A stretch of DNA of 38,087 nt from positions 1-38,087 of IMG/VR virus record IMGVR_UViG_3300047474_000437. The stretch is one strand, 5' to 3'. The position numbers and the translations under genes were made by a program. The DNA comes from a virus (taxonomy: Duplodnaviria > Caudoviricetes). Positions 28,511 to 36,831 of this stretch are shown piece after piece (position 1 is the first letter of the stretch; each line of letters starts with the position of its first letter). The notes below the pieces were generated by a model. The model searched no databases. It had not been told where the DNA came from and worked only from the letters and a program-made list of their open reading frames with translations.

Positions 28511-29157
28511 TATGTTACAGACTTCCTTGGACGTCCGCGCTTCTTAGGAACATCTGGAATTGTAGATGTATCTACTGGCGCTTTCGCCTTAGGCTTGGCT
28601 GCTTTTTTTGTTTTCGGCATTAAGCTAGCATCATACTTATATGCCTCCTGTCTCTTTGCTTCTGCTTCTGCAGCCAACAAGTTTGCTTGTACCAAAAGAT
28701 TCCACGCAATTTGTTTATTTTCATCATCTTTGGATAATTTAACATTTGAATCAATTCTTGATTCTTGTGGTTCTACAGTTTCGACTGATTCTTGTTCTGT
28801 AGAATTCATTGCATCATTGATTTCGTTTAATGGTACATTTGTCTGTGTATTTGGAGTCATAATAATCTGATCTGTTGGAATCTTTGAAAGATGCCCTTCA
28901 GAATGAAGTGTATCTAGCATGACCTTGCCGTGCCAAAATACTTTTCGTGAAAGTACTTCATATAGATTATTAGTTGTTTGGCCTTCATTTGACTCAATTG
29001 CTTCCATATATGAATCGTGATAACGGTCAGGCAATGTATCACTATACACTGCCAGAGCATTGTTTGGATCATCTGGAAGAGACATGAAAACAACACTTAG
29101 TCGTTGTCCTGTTCCCTTATGTCTACCAACGTGTTTTATAAAGGGTGCAGTTGCCAT
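28510..29157 (-). CDS. Hypothetical phage protein with C-terminal AT-hook
   Basis: 215 aa; K/A/P-rich tail ending KKRGRPRK. Confidence 0.75.
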   Translation of the reverse strand: MATAPFIKHVGRHKGTGQRLSVVFMSLPDDPNNALAVYSDTLPDRYHDSYMEAIESNEGQTTNNLYEVLSRKVFWHGKVMLDTLHSEGHLSKIPTDQIIMTPNTQTNVPLNEINDAMNSTEQESVETVEPQESRIDSNVKLSKDDENKQIAWNLLVQANLLAAEAEAKRQEAYKYDASLMPKTKKAAKPKAKAPVDTSTIPDVPKKRGRPRKSVT

Positions 29158-29162
29158 GATTG

Positions 29163-29420
29163 TTAACCTGCTGCCTCAGGCGTTTCAGTCTCACCTGTTG
29201 CTTCCGCTGCTGCAGCACTTTGTGCTTGTACATGGTCTACGAATGCTTTAACACGATTTGCAGTATTGCCTACTGCGGATAGTTCACCTGCTTGAAATGC
29301 GCCGCGTTTTGATGCTAGATCAATAATAGCATATACATTAACAAGATCGTTAACTGTAACTGCTGGTACTTCTGCTTGTGCTTCTGTAGCAACTTCAGGT
29401 GCTTGAGTTTCTTCTGACAT
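29163..29420 (-). CDS. Small acidic hypothetical phage protein
   Basis: VTVNDL..IIDLASKRGAFQAGELSAVG; AGGAG SD. Confidence 0.8.
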   Translation of the reverse strand: MSEETQAPEVATEAQAEVPAVTVNDLVNVYAIIDLASKRGAFQAGELSAVGNTANRVKAFVDHVQAQSAAAAEATGETETPEAAG

Positions 29421-29484
29421 ATTAAGTTTCTCCTATTTGTCAATTTATTATATATAATATGAATAAACTCTTATTCATACTACG

Positions 29485-29513
29485 ATTATACTATATTAAG
29501 TGATTGTTGTCAA
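29485..29513 (-). promoter_or_regulatory. Perfect-consensus sigma70 promoter for the block ending in thyA
   Basis: Minus strand TTGACA-acaatcacttaatatag-TATAAT, 17-nt spacer. Confidence 0.85.
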
Positions 29514-29519
29514 GTGTTT

Positions 29520-30059
29520 TTATGCAACCATATTAACATATTCATCTGGCCAATTTAAGTATTTTAACCAAATTTCATGCTTTATGTTTAATGTAAAATT
29601 TTTACTTCCATACATTTGATAGAAATTTGGTTTATCTGGCATAACTTTGGGAACAATATTTGAATTATTTCCTTTACTATGATTGCATTTTTTACACGCA
29701 CTTACAATATTATGCCAATTAGTCCTACCGCCCTTACTTCTTGGTAAGATATGATCGAGTGTTAAATCTGCCTTGTTGAATGTATTGTAACAATACTGGC
29801 AAGTATATCTATCACGTATAAAGACATTTGCCCGACAGAAATTAATTGTGCCTGCTTGTGGCATGTATTCTCTCACACAAATAACACTTGGTACGCGCAT
29901 ACTGTGATTAACAGAATGCACAGTCCAATCATGCCATTCAAGAACATTTATCTTATCTAACCAGATAAGTTTTATGCTTTCTTGCCAAGATAAAGTAGAT
30001 AATGGCGTCACACTTAGTGGCGCGCCATTAGCATTTAATAATAGTGTATCATTACTCAT
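29520..30059 (-). CDS. HNH endonuclease (McrA/HNH_5-like)
   Basis: LLLNA, VPSVI, RDRYTCQYC, LTLDHILPRSKGG, NIVSACKKCNHSK. Confidence 0.92.
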   Translation of the reverse strand: MSNDTLLLNANGAPLSVTPLSTLSWQESIKLIWLDKINVLEWHDWTVHSVNHSMRVPSVICVREYMPQAGTINFCRANVFIRDRYTCQYCYNTFNKADLTLDHILPRSKGGRTNWHNIVSACKKCNHSKGNNSNIVPKVMPDKPNFYQMYGSKNFTLNIKHEIWLKYLNWPDEYVNMVA

Positions 30060-30064
30060 AATTA

Positions 30065-30072
30065 TATTTATA
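30065..30072 (-). promoter_or_regulatory. T4-type late promoter TATAAATA
   Basis: Minus strand TATAAATA-taatt-ATG of the HNH gene. Confidence 0.6.
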
Positions 30073-30083
30073 CTTGTATTTTA

Positions 30084-31424
30084 TTATGATTCGTAATACG
30101 TATATTCGCCGAATGGTGGGACAATATGCTTTGACCCATGAATAACAAATAGAGTATCGCAATATGCTGAATTGCCCCAACTACCAAATGGAACACCATC
30201 AGTAAACATGATGAACTTGTCTGGTTCAATTTGATTTTCTTCCATAAAGTCCCAGTTACACGCAAAGTCAGTGCCACCGCAGCCAATAATTTCATACTCT
30301 TTTAATTCTTCTGAATTCATAGGCGTAAATTCTTTAAATGATTCAGCATACACTTGTGTATCGAAAGTCCATATTTTCAAACGAAAGTCTTGGAATTGTT
30401 GCATAATTCCATAAATTTCTCCCAAGAAGTCACGGATCATATCTTTAGATATAGAACCAGATACATCAATGCCTATTGCAGCATCTACCATAACTTCATT
30501 ATCCATACCTGGTAGATAGATACCCATACTACGTGATTTGCGAGATTGCCGCATCCATGTGAAATCTGCTTTTTGTGAACTTTGAATACTTAGATTAATA
30601 TATTCACGCCAATCCATTTTAGGTTCTGTCATATCTTTAATCATGCGCTTGATATCGCCGGGAAGATTGCCAGCACCAGATGCTTGAGCAGCCTGCAATA
30701 CAGCCTGTTTCATCTGGTCTTTAATTTCTTTTGCTTCTTCTTTTGTGATTTTGATAGGAGCCTTACGACCTGTAGGATCATTTTCACCATTGCCACTACC
30801 TTCACCATCACCATCACCAAACATATGTTCATCAAGTGTATCAGTATCGCTAAAATCTTTACCGTCTTCCTGTTGTTGCAATAGGTCACGATAAATTTCT
30901 TCGGTATATGATTTATAATACTTACGATCATATAGTGCTTGCTTTGGCATTGTGCCAATCTTTGCTTCTACAGTTGCTTGATTAACTTTATAATCAGCAG
31001 CAATATTCCACAACTTTGCATCACGTTCATTATCTGCAAAGTCCATCAACCGACTGCCGATACCACAATGATCATATACACAATGAAATACCTCGTGCCC
31101 AACAATGAAGTCAATCTCTTCCGGTGTCATTGTACGGAAGAAATCTGAGTTATAATAGAAGTGCTTACCATCTACTGCTGCTGTTGGGCACCATTCTGCT
31201 TCTACTAGTTTTAAACGTGTAGCAAGTGTACCAAAGAAAGGATGTTTAATCAACAAGCGAACACGACCAGAGACAATCATTTCTTTAACTTCTTGATCAG
31301 TGTATTCAAATACTACCGGTTCTTCTGAATTTTCATCAACTTCAATGCCATTTTCTTTAAGCAAATCATCAAATACTGAATTGAAATCTTCTTCAGTAGT
31401 AATTTTTTCTGGTTCGATTCGCAT
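30084..31424 (-). CDS. DUF2201-type metallopeptidase plus VWA domain protein
   Basis: HPFFG, PTAAVDG, HEVFH (HExxH), WNIAAD, IDVSGSI (MIDAS), GGTDF, FTDG; likely ATG 31424 after AAGGTG. Confidence 0.88.
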   Translation of the reverse strand: MRIEPEKITTEEDFNSVFDDLLKENGIEVDENSEEPVVFEYTDQEVKEMIVSGRVRLLIKHPFFGTLATRLKLVEAEWCPTAAVDGKHFYYNSDFFRTMTPEEIDFIVGHEVFHCVYDHCGIGSRLMDFADNERDAKLWNIAADYKVNQATVEAKIGTMPKQALYDRKYYKSYTEEIYRDLLQQQEDGKDFSDTDTLDEHMFGDGDGEGSGNGENDPTGRKAPIKITKEEAKEIKDQMKQAVLQAAQASGAGNLPGDIKRMIKDMTEPKMDWREYINLSIQSSQKADFTWMRQSRKSRSMGIYLPGMDNEVMVDAAIGIDVSGSISKDMIRDFLGEIYGIMQQFQDFRLKIWTFDTQVYAESFKEFTPMNSEELKEYEIIGCGGTDFACNWDFMEENQIEPDKFIMFTDGVPFGSWGNSAYCDTLFVIHGSKHIVPPFGEYTYYES

Positions 31425-31454
31425 ATGATACACCTTTTCGTTTATTTCAATATT

Positions 31455-31483
31455 AATATAACATCTACTATTTGTATTGTCAA
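31455..31483 (-). promoter_or_regulatory. sigma70-type promoter of the VWA gene
   Basis: TTGACA, 17 nt, TGn-TATATT. Confidence 0.75.
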
Positions 31484-31484
31484 G

Positions 31485-31512
31485 AAAAAAGAGCGCCTAA
31501 GCGCCCTTTTTT
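31485..31512 (-). terminator. Intrinsic terminator after the AAA+ ATPase
   Basis: Minus strand AAAAAAGGGCGC-TTAG-GCGCTCTTTTTT (one G.U pair). Confidence 0.85.
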
Positions 31513-31513
31513 A

Positions 31514-32641
31514 TTAATTATTATGAGCATCAATAATTAGTTTTCCATATTTTTTGAAAAACTTTTCAATGCAAGGAACTTTGCGCGGCTCAAGTGGTAG
31601 TTTATAAACCTTAAGAGCGGTACGCCCACCAAGTACGGTCATTTCTGTTTCAAAATTATCCATCATAAAGTTAAAAAAGTTGTCAGCCATTTTATACAAC
31701 TCGTCCATTTTGTCTTTGCCGTTACGGTCTAAGAAATCTTTTAGCTCGTAGCATAGTGATGCAGTTAGTGAGAACATTGCAGAAATTTCACGTGCCTCCG
31801 GTGATAGTGTAGTAACTGTACCATTCAGAATATCAGATGGATTGGGCAGTTTACCTGTTAGTGCACGGTGAGCCATAAACTTAGTAGCGATACCGTCACC
31901 TACTGTGCCAGCAATTAAATCGTGCAACCGATTAGTGCTTATTTCCTCACCAGGCTGTGGAAGCATTTGTGAAACAAACGACCATGAACGTGGGGTAGCA
32001 AATGCACGTGATGCAGTTCGTGGATCGAAGTTCATAAGATCCATCTTGTTTGCAGTAACATAGCCTACAACTTCTGCATCTATATTATTTTCAAGTGCCC
32101 AAGTCTGCCAATCTTCAAAATCAGTTGTCATTTCAAGGTGAACAAAACGGTTAGCAAGTGCACTAGGCATACGGTATGCAACCCCACGGTCACTTTCACG
32201 GTTGCCAGCAGCAACGATTAGAACATTATCAGGGAGACGATAGTTGCCGAGCCGACGGTTCAAGATCAATTGATAAGCGGCTGCCTGTACAGACTGCGGT
32301 GCTTGATTCATTTCATCAAGAAACAATGTGATACATTCAAACTGATCCGCAAGTTCTTGAGTAGGGAGATCGGCAGGCGGAAGCCATTCCATCAAGCCTG
32401 TTTCAATATTCGGTACTGGGATACCACGCAAGTCAGTGGGCTCCATGAGTGCAAGCCGCATATCAATCATATAACCTGAACGGTCTTGTGTGATTGAGTC
32501 GACAATCTCAGATTTGCCGATACCAGGAGGACCCCAAATGAAGACAGGACGCTTACGGTTCATTGCATAATTGACTTCTTCACGAATATCACTTGGGCGA
32601 ACTAGGCGTACATCCATATCTGCTGCTGAAACTTGTGCCAT
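31514..32641 (-). CDS. MoxR-like AAA+ ATPase
   Basis: GPPGIGKS (Walker A), LFLDEMN (Walker B), AAGN, ALANRF, TPRSW; adjacent to the VWA gene. Confidence 0.92.
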   Translation of the reverse strand: MAQVSAADMDVRLVRPSDIREEVNYAMNRKRPVFIWGPPGIGKSEIVDSITQDRSGYMIDMRLALMEPTDLRGIPVPNIETGLMEWLPPADLPTQELADQFECITLFLDEMNQAPQSVQAAAYQLILNRRLGNYRLPDNVLIVAAGNRESDRGVAYRMPSALANRFVHLEMTTDFEDWQTWALENNIDAEVVGYVTANKMDLMNFDPRTASRAFATPRSWSFVSQMLPQPGEEISTNRLHDLIAGTVGDGIATKFMAHRALTGKLPNPSDILNGTVTTLSPEAREISAMFSLTASLCYELKDFLDRNGKDKMDELYKMADNFFNFMMDNFETEMTVLGGRTALKVYKLPLEPRKVPCIEKFFKKYGKLIIDAHNN

Positions 32642-32673
32642 TATGATTCTCTTTCTATGTTGATTACTACTAT

Positions 32674-32702
32674 AGTATAGCGTAGTTGAATTGAACTGTC
32701 AA
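32674..32702 (-). promoter_or_regulatory. sigma70-type promoter of the ATPase gene
   Basis: TTGACA, 17 nt, TATACT. Confidence 0.8.
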
Positions 32703-32710
32703 GAACTTTT

Positions 32711-33019
32711 TTAAGTCTGGAGAGGTGATACTGGAATTGCATTTTCTACTAGAAACGCACGATAACCTTCGTCCAAATCCATTAACTCGTTTTGCCATTC
32801 TTTCCATGTAACTGCTTCTAACGGAAACTCTTTGCAATATAGATCGTTTACCATATATTTTGCAGCAATAAATGCCATAGCATCTTGTGGACGTTCCACA
32901 TCGTTCACAATATATTCATTGCCGCCCTTCATTTTCCAGTAAGCATTGCCATTCGAAAATTTGCCATCGGCTGAATGTGCACCATAATTTTCAAGAATTT
33001 GTGTTTTAACAACAAACAT
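32711..33019 (-). CDS. Hypothetical phage protein
   Basis: 102 aa; TQILENYGAH...YWKMKGG. Confidence 0.8.
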   Translation of the reverse strand: MFVVKTQILENYGAHSADGKFSNGNAYWKMKGGNEYIVNDVERPQDAMAFIAAKYMVNDLYCKEFPLEAVTWKEWQNELMDLDEGYRAFLVENAIPVSPLQT

Positions 33020-33050
33020 ATCATATCCCTTTATTACTGTCTATACATTC

Positions 33051-33079
33051 TTTATATAGTGATTCGTTTAGAATGTCAA
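33051..33079 (-). promoter_or_regulatory. sigma70-type promoter with CGAATCA in the spacer, copy 3
   Basis: Minus strand TTGACA-ttctaaaCGAATCActa-TATAAA, 17-nt spacer. Confidence 0.8.
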
Positions 33080-33091
33080 GAGGAATATTTA

Positions 33092-33454
33092 TTATTGTGT
33101 GTATTTTTTATTTTCGATCCATAAATCGAAATCGCTATCAAGTAATAAAAACTCTGCCGCCAATGATTCTTCGAAAACTATAAGTTTTCCATGACGCAGA
33201 TAATATGGTGTGATCATATACCTATCTAATTGTATTATTTGTGTTCCGGTTTCTATCTTGGATGCAGTTTTTAATCTGATAGTATATGTATCGAAATTTT
33301 TAGACATTATATCTTTGCCCATTGTTGTTAATCTAAAATTAATATGGTCTCTTTTTGAGCTAATAAAAAGGTCATTGGTTTTATATTCTTTGCGCCCAGC
33401 ACATTTACCTTTAGTATTTGCATTGATATACTTTATTAGTTCAGTTTTAGTCAT
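33092..33454 (-). CDS. Hypothetical phage protein
   Basis: 120 aa; FRLTTMG, LDRYMITPYY. Confidence 0.75.
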   Translation of the reverse strand: MTKTELIKYINANTKGKCAGRKEYKTNDLFISSKRDHINFRLTTMGKDIMSKNFDTYTIRLKTASKIETGTQIIQLDRYMITPYYLRHGKLIVFEESLAAEFLLLDSDFDLWIENKKYTQ

Positions 33455-33466
33455 TTTAATTTTAAG

Positions 33467-33757
33467 TTACTTGGGTGATAACTTTTGTCCTTTATCTAGT
33501 AAATAAACTTCGAAATCATCGCATTTAAATAAATCATTTAATTTTTCTGCTAAATTGTAAGCGTGTCCTGGATTTGAGAATGAACACTTTTTATATTTAG
33601 GACCAGGAAAGTTAATTAAACTATTAAGTGAACGTAAGTTTATTGCTTCGCCTTTATAAAATACAGCATATATTGCAGTCGCTTTTAACACTTGTTCACT
33701 TCTATATGTTTTAGAGTCTGTATACTCTAATATTATTGTTGGTTTAGGTCTTGCCAT
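33467..33757 (-). CDS. Hypothetical phage protein
   Basis: MARPKPTIILE...YAVFY...GPKYKKCSFSNPGHA; AAGGA SD. Confidence 0.8.
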   Translation of the reverse strand: MARPKPTIILEYTDSKTYRSEQVLKATAIYAVFYKGEAINLRSLNSLINFPGPKYKKCSFSNPGHAYNLAEKLNDLFKCDDFEVYLLDKGQKLSPK

Positions 33758-33784
33758 GATATTTTATTCCTTACTTGTTAAACA

Positions 33785-33792
33785 TATTTATC
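33785..33792 (-). promoter_or_regulatory. Late-type promoter GATAAATA
   Basis: Intergenic, downstream of a terminator, upstream of 33757. Confidence 0.55.
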
Positions 33793-33823
33793 TAAATTTA
33801 ACTATTATATACTGATATAACGT

Positions 33824-33851
33824 AAAAAAAGCGCCTTAAAAGACGCTTTTT
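33824..33851 (-). terminator. Intrinsic terminator after the sbmA-like gene
   Basis: Minus strand AAAAAGCGTCT-TTTA-AGGCGCTTTTTTT. Confidence 0.8.
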
Positions 33852-33874
33852 AATGTGATATATTGACACTACTA

Positions 33875-34912
33875 TTAGGACGTAGCGTTATTATCTGCTT
33901 CATCAAGAACTTTATTAAACTCTCTTAATCGTTTAATTACAGATTGGAAATCAACAATCGTTGTCCATCTATCGATAAAGAATGTTAGTGCACCTTCTAC
34001 TCTGCCAAATGCATTTAGCACCTGAATAAGAACACCAAATGTAATCAACTGTGCAAAATAACTTGGTGCTAATATTACAATAGCAACATTACCTGCTAGT
34101 AATGAAAATCCAGTTTGCCATATACCAAAGCCCATATAGTAGTTGAATAGGCGATAGTAGTTACGTTTGATTGATGCAAACATTGGGAACAAGTCTTCTG
34201 ATAACCGTTCTTTAAAATCATCTTCACTATGAACAAGTTTTTTACGAAACTTTGCTTCTACTACTTGGTTTTTATATTCCAAACCTGGAAGTTTAATACC
34301 TAGCAAGAATGATAATAGTGTTCCACCTATACTCATTATAAGTGCAGCCCAAACTAGAAAGCCAGGAATAATTTGACCATTCCAAACTGGTAGACCTTCA
34401 CTTAATGTCCATAATACAGGTAAGAATGCAGCAAGAATGAAAATCTTATTGACAAAACCAGTGAATAGTGATTGTAGGGTTTTACCAAAGATCATTAGAT
34501 CCTCTTGAATACGCTGTGAACCACCTTCAATCTTTGCTGTGGAAGATTCCCACCGCTTTAGATAGTAGTGTGTATTTGCTTCTCTCCAACGAAATGTAAA
34601 TCGTTGTGTTTGCCATGTAGCATATGTTGCCATTGGTACATAGATAAGAAGTATTTCTAAGAAACTGGGAACAGTGGTTGTTTCGTCCATACTGAACGTG
34701 ATAAACTCCCATAGTCTAACTGGATTGAAACTCCAGAATAGTTCCCAAAATCTTGCCTCTTGTAGTGTTTGTATAGCGTCATAAAACTCACGGTTCCATG
34801 CGTTATAATAAACTAGAATTTGAACGTTGTACCATCCAATGAATAATAGCCAAGCCAGCATTAGCCAAGCATATAGAAATTGTGATGGAGTCCAAAAGAA
34901 ACTCTTTAGCAT
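33875..34912 (-). CDS. sbmA: SbmA/BacA family peptide transporter
   Basis: Multiple TM helices; FRWR, IEGGSQRIQED, KLPGLEYKNQVVEAKFRKKLVHSED, ITFG..Q..NAF..V, W..IV...S..KRL; AGGAGG SD. Confidence 0.88.
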   Translation of the reverse strand: MLKSFFWTPSQFLYAWLMLAWLLFIGWYNVQILVYYNAWNREFYDAIQTLQEARFWELFWSFNPVRLWEFITFSMDETTTVPSFLEILLIYVPMATYATWQTQRFTFRWREANTHYYLKRWESSTAKIEGGSQRIQEDLMIFGKTLQSLFTGFVNKIFILAAFLPVLWTLSEGLPVWNGQIIPGFLVWAALIMSIGGTLLSFLLGIKLPGLEYKNQVVEAKFRKKLVHSEDDFKERLSEDLFPMFASIKRNYYRLFNYYMGFGIWQTGFSLLAGNVAIVILAPSYFAQLITFGVLIQVLNAFGRVEGALTFFIDRWTTIVDFQSVIKRLREFNKVLDEADNNATS

Positions 34913-34943
34913 TTTGTAGTCCTCCTATTTGGCAACCTTATCC

Positions 34944-35816
34944 TTATACTGGATTAAGTGTTGCAGTAGTCAAACCCCAAAAATTTACATAATTTGTTGC
35001 CAAAGAAACTAGTCCTGGTTTCGCTTTGAAGTCAGTTGGTTTCAACCAATACATAGTTTGATTTGGGATTTGTATAAACAATTTACGAACCTCTGGATCA
35101 TCAACACCAAGTTCTTCTAATAATCCCAAGAGATTACTAGCAGTGCGGTATGCTCCAGATTCTGCTTGTCTAGCAGGCATTCTATTAATAAATTGTTCTG
35201 GTGTGCCTGGCCCGTGAATACCGAACCAAACATCACCAATAAGATATCTTCTATCACCGCCTAAGAACATAAGACCACACGCACTTGCACACACTGTTTT
35301 GTTTTTTAGGTGATCGATATCTAAATCATCTCCAACTTTGCCAGGAGAGTATATAATCTTACCGTTTGCATTCATTACTGGTGTATCACGCACAACTGTT
35401 ACAACATTTCTTAACTTAAAGTGTGCTGCAATACAAGATCCTTCTGCTAGATTGCCACCTGGGCTTTCTAGAATAACAGTAAAGTCCATTGGCATATTGG
35501 GGACGATACGGTCACAGTCTCCATCACCAACACTACCAGTTAATGTATATAAGAAATCATCTACCTTAACAAAATCTAAATGTTTTTCAACTTCAGATTT
35601 TAACTTTTCTGCTTTTGTAGATGCATCATTTAGTCTTTTAAATTCTGCAATATATGAATTGACATAGTTTTTTAAATGAAAGCCACTAAGTAATATAACT
35701 GCGACAATTAGTAATAGGTATATAGGTTTTGCCACCAGTTTTCTAAGTTGTTTGTATACCCATGTTGATTTTATTGTTTCAATTATTATCTGCCGTGCTT
35801 TACTTAAATATGTCAT
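34944..35816 (-). CDS. Membrane-anchored ClpP/crotonase-like fold protein (COG3904-like)
   Basis: N-terminal TM segment; LESPGGN, CASACGLMFLGGDRR, FGIHGP. Confidence 0.65.
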   Translation of the reverse strand: MTYLSKARQIIIETIKSTWVYKQLRKLVAKPIYLLLIVAVILLSGFHLKNYVNSYIAEFKRLNDASTKAEKLKSEVEKHLDFVKVDDFLYTLTGSVGDGDCDRIVPNMPMDFTVILESPGGNLAEGSCIAAHFKLRNVVTVVRDTPVMNANGKIIYSPGKVGDDLDIDHLKNKTVCASACGLMFLGGDRRYLIGDVWFGIHGPGTPEQFINRMPARQAESGAYRTASNLLGLLEELGVDDPEVRKLFIQIPNQTMYWLKPTDFKAKPGLVSLATNYVNFWGLTTATLNPV

Positions 35817-35845
35817 ACACTATTTTCCTTATTGGTATTATAGTA

Positions 35846-35853
35846 TATTTATC
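35846..35853 (-). promoter_or_regulatory. Late-type promoter GATAAATA
   Basis: Intergenic, upstream of 35816. Confidence 0.55.
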
Positions 35854-35856
35854 TTA

Positions 35857-36165
35857 TTACCATCCACCTTTATTTTCAGGTAGTTTAGGTGCTACCGGCG
35901 CAGATGAGTTTCCGCTTTGCTGCTGATTAAATAATTCCATTTGTCTTTGGAATTCTTCCTTTGTGATACACTCTGCTGTCTTATACATTTTGTATTCTAG
36001 ATCCATAGTGAATCCTGCTGGTGGTGTTACTACATATTGTATATATTCTTGACATCTATCCATACTTGGAAATGGCATAAATTGATATAGTGGTTGTCCC
36101 AGTGGGACTTGAAATATAGAAACTACAAAGTGTCCTATAATCATAACTGCATTGAAATCAGGCAT
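35857..36165 (-). CDS. Hypothetical protein, hydrophobic N-terminus
   Basis: 102 aa, two Cys (FPSMDRC, AEC); GGAG SD. Confidence 0.7.
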   Translation of the reverse strand: MPDFNAVMIIGHFVVSIFQVPLGQPLYQFMPFPSMDRCQEYIQYVVTPPAGFTMDLEYKMYKTAECITKEEFQRQMELFNQQQSGNSSAPVAPKLPENKGGW

Positions 36166-36355
36166 TAAATTTTCCTCCGTCGAATGTTACTGTTTCTGGT
36201 GTTTTATTTGTATCTTTTAGTTCTATAAGAAGTAAAGATAATTCCGTTTGTAGTTTAATAGCATCTTCCATACTTATACGAACAAATGGATCTTTTCTAA
36301 CTGCAGATTTATTAACTGCCATTAGAAAACTTTTTATTTGTTTGTAATCGTTCAT
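36158..36355 (-). CDS. Small hypothetical phage protein
   Basis: 65 aa ending FDGGKF; overlaps both neighbours. Confidence 0.75.
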   Translation of the reverse strand: MNDYKQIKSFLMAVNKSAVRKDPFVRISMEDAIKLQTELSLLLIELKDTNKTPETVTFDGGKFNA

Positions 36356-36831
36356 TTGTTAATCCTAGCAATTTCTGCTTCTAGTTGTGTCTTTGTTTTA
36401 AATGGTCCGATATATTCATATGTATCTAGCGTGTCACGTTTTACACAATATGCATTCCTCCAAACACCGGTAAAATGTAAACCATAATATCCTGCTGCGT
36501 ATATCACTTTTGATTTTTCGGTTTTTGTGTAGATTGGAATATTTTTTTCATCTAAACCTTTATTAAATGCAATATGTTTAGATGGGTAACTTTCGACTTC
36601 ATCTATATCTTTTCCATATTCAACACTTATATTTTTCTTAACTTGCTTAGATTCAAGAATTTTACTTCCGTACTTTGAAGTTAGAGCATCTAACGGTAGA
36701 GTCTCAATATCTATAGCATCCTGCATGATTACTTCAAAGTCTGAAGATTCAGTCCTACGAATGAGACCAAGTTTTATCCCAGCATCTTCTACAATCCAGA
36801 ACTTATCTTTTACTATTTCAACCGTATACAT
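36352..36831 (-). CDS. Hypothetical phage protein
   Basis: 159 aa; IVKDKFWIV, PIYTK..KS...YAAGYY, GPFKT. Confidence 0.8.
   Translation of the reverse strand: MYTVEIVKDKFWIVEDAGIKLGLIRRTESSDFEVIMQDAIDIETLPLDALTSKYGSKILESKQVKKNISVEYGKDIDEVESYPSKHIAFNKGLDEKNIPIYTKTEKSKVIYAAGYYGLHFTGVWRNAYCVKRDTLDTYEYIGPFKTKTQLEAEIARINK

Noticed and set aside
30087-30093. Additional TGATTCG near the HNH promoter
   Set aside because: Encodes the last codons of the VWA gene and has no flanking TTGACA at the conserved spacing; may be chance.
33863-33868. + strand TTGACA pointing antisense into sbmA
   Set aside because: No -10 element at 16-18 nt.
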